Source: Octopus vulgaris
Lineage: Eukaryota
Length of the DNA stretch: 64,000 nucleotides
Assembly: GCA_951406725.2 (NCBI GenBank)
Contig: OX597816.1
Location: 37,014,001 to 37,078,000 of the forward strand
Direction: 5' to 3'
The notes beneath the pieces were generated by a model. The model was not told the origin of the DNA. It did not search any database and saw only the letters and a program-made list of their open reading frames with translations. Below, piece by piece: positions 11,952 to 25,628 of the stretch. Position numbers and translations under genes: made by a program. Numbering within the stretch: position 1 is the first letter of the stretch; every line of letters starts with the position of its first letter.

Positions 11952-13230
11952 TCACTTCTCAGAACGCTCGGTCCTGTTTGCTTTGGCTGACACCGCGAGG
12001 ACAGCAGCCTGTTGTCAGAGGTTTCACAATATCTCCTTCTGCACATCATAAGCTTGATACTTGGTTGTTAATTATCGTGGAAGGCTTTCAACATCCGAGT
12101 ATTAATCTCAAAATACTAACTGTCTCTAGCAAAGCGATTTTCCGCGTCTGCTCTGCTCTCATGTCAATTCCAATTTCTCTAAGTGCTCCTACAAATACTG
12201 AAATGACAGGCACTCTCTTCATAGTCCACATTCTTGCAAATACGTCTTTTAGTAGTCTGTACTTTTCAATATTTTCATGTTCATTGTCACTTACGCGTGC
12301 ATCTCCAGGTATTGCAATATCTACAATCTTCGTTTCCTTTATTCTTTTTTCTACAATATCTGCTCTCCGAGCATTGATTAGGGAGTCATATTGGATTGTA
12401 AAATCCCACAGTATCTTATATTCCTTGTTCTCGGTGACTCCTTCTGGTTCATTTCGGTACCATTTCCCTTCTCTGTCCGGGCCGTACTTTTCGCATAGCT
12501 TCCAGTGGACAAACTTAGCCATATCATCATGCCTCCTTTTGTAGTGCTTTTGGACCAACTTGCAAAATTCACTCAAAATATGTGAGAGTGTTTCGTTTCT
12601 GCTACCACCCATCCTATAAAGGGGCGACTCGCTGCTATTATCTGTTTGGAACTTAGTGTAAATTAGTTCTTAGAACTGATTGCTGTGCACTGCATATCAA
12701 TGTCTCTTTTCAGATCACTTTCAGATCAAAGAGAAAGAAGAAAAGTGAACAACTACGACGATTTGAAGTGGGAAATACGAAGGGTGTAATCAATGAGGAG
12801 AGTAGACGTGATACCAATAGTAATGGGCGCACATGGACGTATCAACACTCTCCAAGTATTGGTCTTGGTTTTTCCCTCGATTTCTCTGAGGTATTCCCCA
12901 TGCAGCGATTTCATTTTTCAATTATTTCTTCTTTCTTCTTCACCTTGTTTGTTTTTTTTATGTTTGTGCATCACATTTTTCAGCAGGTATTATATTGTTA
13001 ATTGTAACAGCGGCAAGCAAGGATTCACTTTGCTGTTTAATGTACCATCCCACACTGTTCTCGTTGGCAAGACAGATAATGCATCTTGCGAGGCCTCTTT
13101 CTCCCCTGTTCCTAGGCATATTCAGCCTCTCAATATCGCTTTTGGGTTGTAGTTTCTTGTTAATTATCATAACTTTTCTGATTTTCCTGTCCATATCCAC
13201 CAAACAACATCTGCAACATATCGTAATAAG
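11950..13230 (-). mobile_element. R4/Dong-like LINE 3' portion (RT C-terminus remnant, restriction-like endonuclease, 3' UTR, (TAA)n tail)
   Basis: ORF 12088-12612: HILSE.C..YKRRHD..HWKLC..ILWDFTIQ..RRADIV..IVDIAIPGD (RHD and PD..D RLE motifs). Upstream: DRKIRKVM..QPKSDIERL. (TAA)n on both sides. Confidence 0.85.
12730..12852 (+). mobile_element. Short R4/Dong-like C-terminal fragment nested in the opposite orientation
   Basis: Reads ..KVNNYDDLKWEIRRV*SMRRVDVIPIVMGAHG, homologous to the EKY..LK....W.M.RV.VI.V.VGAL end of the 12088-12612 ORF. Confidence 0.6.
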
Positions 13231-13254
13231 GGTTGTTATTATTATTATTATTAC

Positions 13255-13302
<48 letters not shown>

Positions 13303-13344
13303 TATTATCATTATTGTTGTTGTTGTTGTTGTTGTTCTCATAAA

Positions 13345-13705
13345 AGCAACGAGATGGTAGAATCTTTAGCACGCCGGACAAGATGCGTAGCCGTATTTCG
13401 TCTGCCGCTACGTTCTGAGTTCAAATTCCACCGAGGTCGACTTTGCCTTTCATCCTTTCGGGGTCAATTAAATAAGTACCAGTTGCGCACTGGGGTCGAT
13501 ATAATCGACTTAATCCGTTTGTCTGTCCTTGTTTGTCCTCTCTGTGTTTACTCCTTGTGGATGGTAAAGAAATAGGTATTTCGTCCTTCTTTACGTTCTG
13601 AGTTCAAATTTCGCCGAAGTAGAGTTTGCTTTTCATCCTTTTGGAGTCTATAAAATGAGTACCAGCTGAGCACTGGGGTCGATGTAATCGACTATCTCTC
13701 TCCTT
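13345..13705 (+). mobile_element. SINE family A copy followed by a partial related unit
   Basis: Family A head, core and tail directly after (TTA)n/(TTG)n. Confidence 0.85.
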
Positions 13706-13769
13706 GTGCCTATTGTGGAAAAACTATTATACTTATTCTTATTCTTCTTCTTATTATTATTATTACGTT

Positions 13770-14150
13770 ATTATTGCCTTTGCACAGCTTCTAAAGCTGG
13801 AGATGTATTACAGTGTCAGCTGTTCACTACCAGTGAACAAAGGTAACACCTCTTATTTTTCGAGCACCTGCCGGAGTATTCCAGCAATTCCAAGCATTGC
13901 TGTTTTCTGCAAGTGCTCCACCCTTATTGCAGCCCCTATTTGTTCCACATACCTCTCGAGATTTTTGTTCACTGTTCCCAGGGCTCCGACAATTATTGGT
14001 ACTAATGCTACCTTTTTCATCGACCACAACTGCTTAACTTCCCAAGCTAACCTGTCATATCTCTCGACTTTTCTTTCTTCTATATCGCATGCCTTGTTGT
14101 CGACTGGGCATGCTATATCTATGATCCTACATAGTTTGTTTCACTTCTCA
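13770..14150 (-). mobile_element. R4/Dong-like LINE 3' end between (TAA)n tracts
   Basis: Minus strand encodes IIDIACPVD..KVERYDRLAWEVKQLWSMKKVALVPIIVGALG..LQKTAMLG. Confidence 0.8.
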
Positions 14151-14172
14151 GTTATTATTATTATTATTACTA

Positions 14173-14215
<43 letters not shown>

Positions 14216-14267
14216 CATCATCATCATCATCGTCATCAAATTCATCATCCTCATCATCATTACTATA

Positions 14268-14302
<35 letters not shown>

Positions 14303-15081
14303 TATGAGTGTGTGTGTGTGTATGTAACCATATACCACATACATGTATATATGTATATATGTATCACAGTTGTGTAATCCTTCCCCCCTCTCTGTCTCTC
14401 TCTGTCTCTCTCTGTCTCTCTCTCTGTTTCACATGTCTTCGGGAAACGGCTTACTTAGGAAATTACTCTCGTATAATTGCACGCGAATTTGTTATAACGA
14501 ACCTAATAACCTATTACTTTATCCTCGCGGCTCATAACACATTTATTCTCAAAATAAATATATTGTATGAATAGCGTAAATTTTAAATTTTTTATTATCT
14601 TTGATATATGCCAACATACTAGCAATAACATAGCTTGAGAAAACATTTAATTAATATAAATTTAATAGTTATTATCAAACATTTCAATAACAGAAAGAAA
14701 GTATTTAGGATTATTTCTGTTGTATAGCCCTCCTAACAATAAACAAATTATTACAACATCCAAAATGAACCAGATTAAGTATAAGATTGTCGCAGCTAGT
14801 TTACTAAATAAATTGCGGAGCTTACATGGTCTCATCTGTTTTAAATACTGTAGCAAAAAGATAAGCAAATAATTAAATTAGTATTTTTAGTTTTAAAACT
14901 AACTTAATTAATTCAGAAACGTTTACCCTGAAGTAATCTTTGTTCAAAATACATTTAACAATTTTATTGAGAGTTCTAGTCAGAGTGTCGATGTATCACC
15001 TACTGTTTCCATTGTGGGAAATGCCTTCTGTTCACCAGGATGTTTTAATGTAACTCTTGATGTTAAATCGAGAGTCAAATT

Positions 15082-15139
<58 letters not shown>

Positions 15140-15148
15140 CAGATAGAC

Positions 15149-15216
<68 letters not shown>
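15082..15216. repeat. (GATA)n microsatellite
   Basis: Direct reading. Confidence 0.95.
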
Positions 15217-15218
<2 letters not shown>

Positions 15219-15294
15219 GTTTCTTTATTGGCCACGCAGGGCCGAATTAGAAAGAAAATTGAAAGATGTTAATGAAAATGATAATAATAATAAT

Positions 15295-15990
15295 AATATC
15301 TTTGTGCTAGGAATAATCCCCTGGATGAAATATTACAAAGACAAAGTTGAGGTATGATCTGGGAAGAGGTAAGAGAAAGGCAAACCACTTGCTATTTATG
15401 GACGACTAGAAATTGCAGATAAAAAGTGCGGCAGAACTGGACAGCCTAGTCCAGTCTGCGGATTTTCTGGAATGATGTTAAGATGGAGTTTGACATCTCA
15501 AAATGTAATGAGACGAGCAAGGCTTGTCGGCCAAAGGCATATGGATGCCGGGTAGTGAAATGATTAAATTAATTGAATCTGGATCCACTTACAAATATCT
15601 GGGAATACTTGAAGCAGATTGAATTAAACACAACGATATGAAAGAGAAGACAAAGAAAGAATACCTGCGGCGAGTGAGATAAATATTAGCTTCAAAGCTG
15701 AATGCCAGAAACATAATTTCGACAATAAACTCGCGTGCTTACGCAGTAGTTCGGTATGGCGCTGGTGTCCTCAAGTGGACAGAGAAATTAAAGGAGATGA
15801 CCAGGAAGACAAGAAAGCTCCATTATCCACGTGCAGACACTGGTCGCCTATGCATGAAGAGAGCAACTGGAGAAATGGGACTGATAAGTGTGGAAGACTG
15901 CGTACGTATCGAACTCGAGAGCTTAATGATATACCTAACCCTAAGAAGGAAAACTTGTTAGTGTTAGGAATGGGGGAGTATTGAAAGCAG
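15295..15990 (+). mobile_element. Decayed R4/Dong-like LINE reverse transcriptase fragment
   Basis: Starts after (TAA)n; NHLLFMDD (YxDD-equivalent), MEFDISKC, YKYLGILEAD, SKLNARNIISTINS, with stops and frameshifts. Confidence 0.8.
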
Positions 15991-16457
15991 AGAAAACTAT
16001 CAACTTTTGTAGTTGCGTAAAAGTTACCCGATAGACGAATAATTAAATAATCGATTCAATATGATAGTAGTTTCCATTTTGATGTTGTGTTTTATGACAC
16101 TAACGCAGAACTATTCTGCTTTATATAGCCATGCATATGAATCTTGCAAGCAGATGCAATAAGCATAATTGGATCAAAAGAATGAACTGACAAACTGTTT
16201 TGTTAGATTACGGTACTGAATTAAACTCCCCTGCTAGGCCTTACCAGGGTTTTCTTGAAATGTAAATAAAGCTAGCAGTACACTGATGGCCAAGACATAA
16301 TTAAAGTTTCAATGCCTGCGAAAAGAGAAGACACACTTGGAAGAATGGAAATAAAACCCTACAATTTTAAAACAAATGAGAACAGAATATGAAACAGAAT
16401 ATATGATATTTATTAACAATATGAATTTAATTATATTAACAATATGAATTTAATGAT

Positions 16458-17150
16458 CTGGCAGAATCGTTAGCACGCCGGGCGAAATGCCTAGCGGTAT
16501 TTCGTCTACCGCTACGTTCTGAGTTCACATTCCGCCGAGGTCGACTTTGCCTTTCATCCTTTCGGGATCAATTAAATAAGTACCAGTTACGCACTGGGGA
16601 GGTCGATATAATCGACTTAGTCCGTTTATCTGTTCTCCGTTCTAACTTCAAATTACGCCGAGGTCGACTTTGACTTTCATCCTTTCAAGGTCATTAAATT
16701 AAGTACCAGTTACGCACTGGGTCGATGTAATCGACTTTATCCGTTTGTCTGTCCTTGTTTGTCCCCTCTGTGTTTAGCCCCTTGTGGGTAATATAGAAAT
16801 AGGTATTTCGTCTGCCGCTAAGTTCTGAGTTCAAATTCCGCCGAGGTCGACTTTGCCTTTCATCCTTTCGGGGTCGATTAAATAAGTACCAGTTACGCAC
16901 TCAGGTCGATATACTCGACTTAATCCGTTTGTCTGTCTTTGTTTGTCCCTTCTGCGTTTAGCCCCTTGTGGGTAGTAAAGAAATAGGTAATTCGCCCGTC
17001 TTTATGTGCTGAGTTGAAATGAGATGCCACCGAAGTCAACTTTCATCCTTTTGGGGTCGATCAAATAAGTACCAATTGATTACTGGGGTCGATGCAATGT
17101 GCTTAGCCACTCACCAGATTTGCTGGCTTTGTGACAAAATTTGAAACCAA
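16458..17150 (+). mobile_element. Head-to-tail multimer of SINE family A (3-4 units)
   Basis: Core motif repeated at about 16540, 16660, 16845 and 17030. Confidence 0.9.
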
Positions 17151-18389
17151 TATCAATATTTGAGCCCGATGCGAACCCGATTCACCTGAATTCACCTCGA
17201 ATTAAGATTCGAACCCGATTCACCCGGAAATTATTTCGTAGAAATAATTCTTCACCATGGAGGATTTTTGACTTAATAAAATATGGTTTGCTATTAGCAA
17301 GAATATATTAATAACACTATCAAGACGAATTTAGCAGCAGGAGTGACAACTTTTCAACTTCTAAATATTTAAGCAAAATCAAACCAAATAATATTATTGT
17401 ATCTTGCAGGTATTGATAACTGTTTCTTTCGCAAAGTTTATAATAAATTCTGTGAAGGTAAAAGAAAATAGTTTCTGTGTAGATATAAACAAACAAAAAA
17501 GTATCTGTCAATAATTTTACTTAATATTTTGAGAAAGTATCTTCCTCGTGGAAGACGTTACCAAAAATAAAACTAAAAGGCATTATAAAAATAAATAATA
17601 CAAAACAATAAAATTTCCAAAAAGCCCAAAATGCTTAAATATTTTAAAGTTTCGTGTGGAAAAGGAAAATAAAATCCTTTGTTGATTTGTTCATGTTGCA
17701 AAACATTAAAAAATATGTCAAAAATATCTTAACGATTAGATGCGATGCTGCTGCTGCTGTTGAAGATGATGACAATAATAATGGTTTTGATGGTGAGGGG
17801 GTGATCATACTGATTGTGATCTTGTGAAGTAGGATAGCGACTTTAAATTAAAAAATAAGACTCTTGCCTGCAAAAAATTAATCACGGTAATAATCGAACT
17901 AATATAAACAAACCAACGAAAATGTCGATTGTGATCAGTTGCCAGTGTAATATATTTGGTTGGGAATATCTTGAAAAGTGTATAAAAATGACATTGCATA
18001 ATCTATTGTTATGAAATATTAAAATTATTAACCAGAAAAATATTCGGCATCAAGAAAGGAAAGCGTTTTGATACAACCATTTTTTTCGATATAAATCTAA
18101 AGCTGTTCCGTGTTGAAAGATACTCTGCATCGTCAATATCGTCACATTTGTCTGCTTCGTCTATTAACATTATACTCAATTAAGGTGGCGAGCAGGGAGA
18201 ATCGTCAGCACACCGAGCCAAATGATTAGCGACATTTAGTCCGTCTTTACGTTCTTGGTTCAAATTCCGCCGAAATCGATTTTGCTTCTCATACAGTAAT
18301 TAATGTAGTTGACTAGCCTCGACCACTAAATTTCAGGCCTTTTGCTTATAGTAGAATCGAGCATCATTATTATTATTATTATTATTACT

Positions 18390-20500
18390 TGAAGAAAAGT
18401 CTCAGCTTATTTTTCTGGGTATGATGGAAAGTATCAACAGTCCACAGCCAGCAGACTTGTCTACTGATTATGCTTCAGAAACCTCGGAGAACTCTTGCAG
18501 TTCCAAGCAATGATGATATTTGTGGATGTTCTATCTTTACATTTGTACCAATCTTTTTGATCCTTTTTGGCAGTTGAGTGCTAATACTTCCAAGCGCACC
18601 AATTACAGTTGTCAGGTCCACTCTCTTCATTGCCCACATCCTGCGTTTTTCCCACTTCAAATCGTCATAGTTGTTAAGGTCTTCTTTTTATCCTGCTGTC
18701 ACCGGGTCATGCTATGTCAATTATCATGCAAGTTGTTTTTTTTTTTGTTTACAATAATGTCAGGCTTCGGATGTCTGATCTGATGTTTACACTCAATCGT
18801 TGCATCCAACGGGATTTTGCAATCTTCATTCCCAGTAATTCCATCTGGGATTTAGTTAAATCAGGTCTTTGCTCTGTCTATGCCATAATTTCTACAGAGC
18901 TCTCAATGGATCACTCTTGCCACATTGTCAAGTCATCTTTTGTATTCGCGTTGCGTCAATTTCGAGCATTCACTAACATTCACACCTTTCGCCACACATT
19001 CTACATTTGTCACTCTCATTTGTGCTGTCAGTTCTGCACTTGACATAGTTCGTCCTTAACGCTTGTTCTTGTGCATCACAAATAAGTGCTACTGTCTCTC
19101 TATCTTCAGATCACTCTTCCGTATACATAACCGCTGATCTTTTGTATCTGTCTTGACGTTTAAATGTACTGCAAACTGGCAGTACATTTTCCCCCTTTCC
19201 ATGCTATTTCTGTTTTCGTATTCTTTTCTATGTTTTCCATTCTTTACACAATTATCAATTTTGATGATGCCGGGCTTCTTCACATATTTCAGCAATAGTT
19301 GCACGATATTTTTACATACCACACGAAAGTGTTTTCTTTTGCTTCAACACAAACCTGGCAGCTGATCAAAAGTCTCCCACCCTTTCTTCTAGACAAGCAT
19401 AAGCTCTTACTGTCACTCTTGTGATGGAATGCTCCGTGCACTGTCGATATTTTCTGTATCTTTGCATTCATGCTCATTATTTCTTTCTGTTGCCAGTTTA
19501 TGATTTCAGCTCCATATCGATCATGCATTTACTGCTTGGAATTTTATTCTATCTATTCCATTTTGAGCGCAGCACCAATCTCAACCTTCGGAAACATTCT
19601 TTCCTCGGCAGTTCTTCCATTTCCTTCTCTGTGATTTCGTTGAAGTTTAGCATGCCAAGGTATTTATAGCCTTCCTTTGCAACATGTTTAATCACTTGTC
19701 TAGCAGGTAATTCTATCCCTGCTAGGGAATGTATTGTATCTTGCCTCTTTTCAGGTTCATTATACCATTCTTCTTCAGTCCGAATTCCATCTTAATATAT
19801 GCACTAAAACATAGTTCACTAAAGAACTCACTTGTACCTCATCTTTGCAATACAGTTTCATATCATCCATGAAGAGGAGGTGATGGATTCTTTGAGTTTT
19901 TCCCTTTAACTAATATCCCAAGTTCATTTTCGTCAGCTCTAAAATCAAAGGAATCATGCATGAACAAAAAGCAACGGAGATAAGCTGAGCCCTTGGAAAA
20001 TTCCCTCCCTTGATTCCTAGGATGTCCAGAATTTTCCGTACTATGTCAACTCACTTTTCCAACCCACCATATTTTGCTGCAGAAAACATATTACATTCTT
20101 TGCAATTCCAAACAAATTTAAGCTCTCAATGATCTACGAATGTGAAGTATATCGTAAGTTTTGCGGTAATTAATCCAGGACGCTCCAAAATTTCGCTTGC
20201 AATCTTGCATAACTATTTTATCTATGAATATTTAATCTTTCGTACATTTGCATCTTTTCCTACATTTTTTTGTTCTGTGGGTAACATATCGTTCTTATCA
20301 AGAAATGTGTACAGTTTTCATGCAATTCCTCCTGACAGTAACTTCCACATTAATGAAAGGCAAGAAATTAGCCTGAAGTTGTTGGTAGCACTTACCTTCG
20401 ATACAACCTTCAAGCACAACATTGTTCGTTCTTTGATCGGCAGCCTCGTGATGTCTTCTTCTCCATCGAGCAATGCATTAAATTGTCCTGCAAACAGTTT
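18390..20500 (-). mobile_element. Long decayed R4/Dong-like LINE (RT plus RLE), 3' end in (TAA)n
   Basis: Minus-strand remnants GIFQG..LS, IHHLLFMDDMKLY, YKYLG, HHKSD..LCLSRRKGGR, EQALRT, and a C-terminal WAMKRVDLTTVIGALG..LLGTARVLR. Confidence 0.8.
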
Positions 20501-20971
20501 ATGACGCTCATCGAATGTCTATATCTAAAATCCCTGTATACCTGCCGCTTTCCACCTACCAAGCGCAGGTCTGTGTGCCTTGAGTCTGTGCTGTGATTTG
20601 TTGTGATGCTCTTATTTTTACTGTACTGAAAGTGTTTTATGTAGAATGTGTACGGTGCCTAGTAGTGTTATTATCTGTATGTTGTGATTACCAACGTGGG
20701 ACGCATACCCTACAGGTGAGGCATGGTAATATTTTGGTGAAGCATGCATAGGCCTAGAGGGCAATTAGAGAATAATTGATTTTTAAAATTCTTGAAATTC
20801 CTTCTCTGGACAGGTTTATCAAATTTTTGGACACTTTAGAGACAACAGGTCGTTCACATCATATTCATAATATCTGATGTCACTGAAGTGGGAATAGATT
20901 ACTCTTCCTTCGTCCACTTATGTCTGTTTTTGCGCACACCGTGTATGCGATCTGTTGTGTCATTATTTTTA

Positions 20972-21077
<106 letters not shown>

Positions 21078-21117
21078 CATTATTATTATTAATATTATTA
21101 TTATTATCATTATTCAG

Positions 21118-21362
21118 TAGTTTTATTTTTATAGCGTGCTTTCACTTCACTACCGAGCACAGCTCTGTGTGCCTTGGGTATGTGCTGTGATTTGTTGTGA
21201 TGCTCTGATGGTTATTGTATGGAAAGTGTTCTGTGTAGGATGTGTGCAGTGCCTAGTAGTGCAATTTTCTGTATGTTATATGTGTTTGTAAGTCCTGGTG
21301 TTTTTGTTATGTATTTGTCTGAATATTTTTTTATCATGCCTAATGCACCTACTATGATAGGA
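21118..21362 (-). mobile_element. R4/Dong-like LINE extreme 3' end embedded in a long (TAA)n array (20971-21487)
   Basis: IPIIVGALGMIKK..IQKIALLGTAHILHRTLSIQ* plus 3' UTR; a related remnant lies at about 20570-20685. Confidence 0.8.
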
Positions 21363-21421
<59 letters not shown>

Positions 21422-21442
21422 TATTATTATTATTATTATCAC

Positions 21443-21489
<47 letters not shown>

Positions 21490-21858
21490 TCTATAAATGA
21501 ACATTATATTCATATTGTATATATCATGTGGAGATTCTTAATGTTATTGTTCGTACAATGGTTAAAGATATTTTGGAGGCAACTGTAGCTAACTTTCTAT
21601 TTGACACAGAACCTACATGGGTATTTTAAGTTAGAGAAAACCAAGTCTAATACAAAGGAAACTACAATTAATGATGCCCCAGCGTGAGTTCCGTCCTCTT
21701 ATCTATGTTTCTCACATCTCACTCTATTTATCACCAAATAACTTTTGTAATCTCATTCAATCTAACTTAGACGTACCCAAAATACAAACAGATTACCAAC
21801 GTTCTTAAAGGGAATTCTAGGTAAGTTTGATGTGGAGCGTAAAACGAATGGCAACATA

Positions 21859-22163
21859 TCTTTATATATAAAATTGAAGTTGTGTGTGTGAGACTCTGTC
21901 TCCTCCGAATTAGATTCCTAACTACTCCCACATTTTGCGGTGCAGTTTAACCAAAAGCGGGTATCTTATAGTCGTCATTCATATCGAGCCCTTCTGGGTA
22001 TTAGCGCGTGTCTACGATGAATCTACGATTTTTAAAAAATTACCATCATTTTCCCGCATTTTTAATAATTTTTGCTCGGGTTATATAAGGGAAGTAACTC
22101 TCTAAAAATGCTTATATAGTTATTTCCCTTACAAACCCGAGCAACGCCGGGCGATACTGCTAG
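21859..22163 (+). mobile_element. Complete non-autonomous Helitron (305 bp)
   Basis: 5' A|TC start; subterminal GC hairpin cccgagcaacgccggg; 3' CTAG|T end; no TSD. Confidence 0.8.
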
Positions 22164-22248
22164 TAAATCTCTAAAGAATGAAAGTATTTATCCACCAAAC
22201 AGTTTCGAGTACCCATTTCCATCTTTGGAGAAGAGACAGAGGAAGGAG

Positions 22249-22291
<43 letters not shown>

Positions 22292-22404
22292 GAGACACAT
22301 ATCCGTATAGATACAAGACTACATGTACACATATATAAACGTGTAAGTATGCATATACACGAATACATATACGTGTATGCGTTTATGCAGGTAGGTTAAT
22401 ATGT

Positions 22405-22720
22405 AGGTAGGTAGGTAGGTAGGTAGGTAGGTAGGTAGGTAGGTAGGTAGGTATGTAGGTAGGTATGTAGGTAGGTAGGTAGGTAGGTAGGTAGATAGGT
22501 AGGTAGGTAGGTAGATAGGTAGGTAGGTAGGTAGGTAGGTAGGTAGGTAGGTAGATAGGTAGGTAGGTAGGTAGATAGGTAGGTAGGTAGGTAGGTAGGT
22601 AGGTAGGTAGGTAGGTAGATAGGCAGGTAGGTAGGTAGGTAGGTAGGTAGGTAGGTAGGTAGGTAGGTAGGTAGGTAGGTAGGTAGGTAGAAAGGTAGGC
22701 TGGCAGGCAGGTAGGTTGGT
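22405..22720. repeat. (GTAG)n microsatellite, ~315 bp
   Basis: Direct reading. Confidence 0.95.
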
Positions 22721-23289
22721 ATGAATTATATAGAATATCATGAAAGTTTAAAATATCTTTGTTTTCTCGTTTCTTAAGAAAATATATTTCAATACAAATT
22801 TTTGATACCCACCGTATTCTTATGAAATATAGTTTAATATCTTGTAGATTGCTAAACCAAGTTCTTAAGAAACATGAAGGAGAGATAATAGTTGACATGT
22901 CATACATCATACAGCTTCGTCCCTTTCTGTGGATACCTTCGGGGAGATAACTCTTCAAATGACAATTACAGATGCATTCTGATGTCTATAGAAAATTCAT
23001 TTCCATGTATAGTTAGGGTGACTGATATCGCCAAGACTTATATCAGCATAAAGAATAATTTTTTCTCTGGCATTTTTCAGAGATTTTTCGAAATATTCCT
23101 CAGCGTATTAAGTACACCATTATTCAATGGTATACTTAAACACACGTTATTGTGAAAGGCCAATTCATTATTTAAATCAAATGAAAATATAGTTTCACAT
23201 TGAATAATTTTTGCAGATAAAGTCGAAAATAAATAGCTAAAAAATTGAAGATGTATTTCTAACTTCATATCAAAATAGCAATAAGCTTT

Positions 23290-23865
23290 TCTACTATAGG
23301 CAGAAGACCTGCAATTTTAGGGGAAGGGACCAGTCGATTAGATTGACCCCAGTACGCATCTGGTACTTAATTTATCGAGCACGAAAGGATGAGAGGCAAA
23401 AATAGACTTCGGCGAAATTTCAACTCTGAACGACGCGGTAGACGAAATACCTATTTCTTTACTACCCACAAGGGGCTAAACACAGAGAGAACAAACACGG
23501 ACAGACAAACGGATTAAGTCGATTATATCGTCCCCAGTGCGTAACTGGTGCTTATTTAATCGACCCCGAAAGGATGAAAAGCAAAGATGACCTCGGCGGA
23601 ATTTGAACTCAGAACGTAATGACAGATGAAATACCTATTTCTTTACTACCAAGAAAGGGCTAAACACAGAGACGACAAACAAGGACAGACGAACGGATTA
23701 AGTTGATTATATCGACCCCAGTGCGTAACTGGTACTTATTTAATCGACCCCGAAAGGATGAAAGGCAAAGTCGACCTCGGCGGAATTTGAAATCAGAACG
23801 TAGCGACAGACGAAATACCGCTAAGCATTTCGCCCGGCGTGCTAACGATTCTGCCAGCTCGCCGC
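23290..23865 (-). mobile_element. SINE family A multimer (3 units)
   Basis: Core repeated three times; intact head at about 23865. Confidence 0.9.
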
Positions 23866-24377
23866 CTTTCGCGGTACACGAAATACTGCCCAACGTGGTA
23901 AAGATTCTGCCAGCTCGCCACCTCATATAAAAACCGTAATAATAATTTTTTTCAAAACAATTCGTTAGAAAGAAAGGTATGACTGAGGGTATTGCTTGTT
24001 TAATCACAGACGGGAGGTACATAAATGTCTATCAATGTTCTCCAGCCTTCGGATCATAGACATGAACTCACACTATATATTTTCAAACTCTACCACAACA
24101 GTTGTTTGCTTTTCGGATCGGACTGCTTTCTTGTTCAAACGATACATAAACAACTAATTCAAATATTTAGCTTCCTATCCTCACCACGTTATATTTGTTC
24201 ATAGTTCATAAGGGGATTCTTTCCCCATGACTTTTACTGCAGCGAAAATATTTCCATTTTGAGTATATAAAAGCACGTTAAATATAGATGTACACAGCTG
24301 CCGTGTATATCTCAAGAATAGGTACCACACAAACGCTCCCCCACACACACACACACGCACACATATATATATATATA

Positions 24378-24436
24378 CAGGGGTTGGACAAAATAATGGA
24401 AATAACTTAAAATTTCAAACAAATTTATTTTAATAT
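24378..24436 (+). mobile_element. Isolated Tc1-like terminal inverted repeat fragment in (TA)n
   Basis: TA|caggggttggacaaaataatggaaa resembles Tc1-type termini; no partner end found. Confidence 0.45.
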
Positions 24437-24459
24437 GTATGTGTGTGTATATATATATA

Positions 24460-24558
<99 letters not shown>

Positions 24559-24669
24559 TTATGTAAAAATATATACGTATATATATTTACATAGAAGAAA
24601 TATGTTACGAAAAGAAAATATAAAATACACGTGGAAATGTAAGGGTAAAATATATATATATACCTTAAT

Positions 24670-25515
24670 CGCCGTGAATAGGGATTAATGTTCTCTCTTC
24701 ACCCCTTTGCCCCACATGGGCTCAACTCTCATGCCCTTTTCCTCTAACCCTCCTCCCCTCTCCTCTCTTCCTCTCACACCTATTTCCTCCCACCCACCTC
24801 TCCTCTCTAGCTCCGACTCCTACTTCTTCTCTTCACTCCTACCCACCTTCTCTCTCCCCCGCTTCCTTCATTGTCACCCCTCCCTCGTAACCTCACCCCT
24901 ACACTATCCAACCCCACCTTCCCTATCCATCCCAACCCGCCCGTACCCCATCCCTTACACCCACTCCCACCTACCCCACATCTACTCCCACTCTTGCTTT
25001 CCTCAATGTCGCCTCCCCCACATCCCAACACCACCACACCACACACCATCACAACACACACTACCACACCACACAGCACCATAATACACCACTCCACATC
25101 ACAGCATAACACCACGCACAAACTAGCACTGACCATTTTCCAGCACGCGCCCCATCATCCACACACCTATACATGCCCACATGCACACGTCTAGGGCACC
25201 AGCCCTCTCCCACACGCCCATACATGCTCTCTTATACACACACGCGCATTTTCGTTTTTGGATCACCACTAATTTATTATTTCCCCTTCTTCCTAGCTCT
25301 CCTGTGTGACTCTTCTGTCCAGCATTCGCCATGATAGATCGATAGCCATGGCACATTCTTTATTTTCTCTCCCTGTTTCTTTCTGTGTTTCTTTCTGTAG
25401 AAGAGCGCAGGCTCGAAACGTTAAAGCCTTTCTCACTTCCCGATCGTTAAACTAATACATCTGTTTGTTGTATACACCACCTGTCTTCGACTTTTTTTGT
25501 GAATTATCTCCCCTA
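24670..25515 (+). mobile_element. Penelope-like element 3' fragment (end of GIY-YIG ORF, C-rich 3' UTR, HHR) ending in (TA)n
   Basis: 24670-24747 reads [19 protein letters not shown].., the RE..LIF.L....P.GLN terminus of PLE endonucleases; hammerhead-like motif near the 3' end. Confidence 0.7.
25391..25426 (+). ncRNA. Minimal hammerhead-like motif with A6U core and loopless palindromic stem III
   Basis: cttt-CTGTAGA-a-gagc-gcag-gctc-GAAA-cg-TT-aaag. Confidence 0.6.
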
Positions 25516-25531
25516 TATATATATATATTCA

Positions 25532-25564
<33 letters not shown>

Positions 25565-25565
25565 G

Positions 25566-25628
<63 letters not shown>

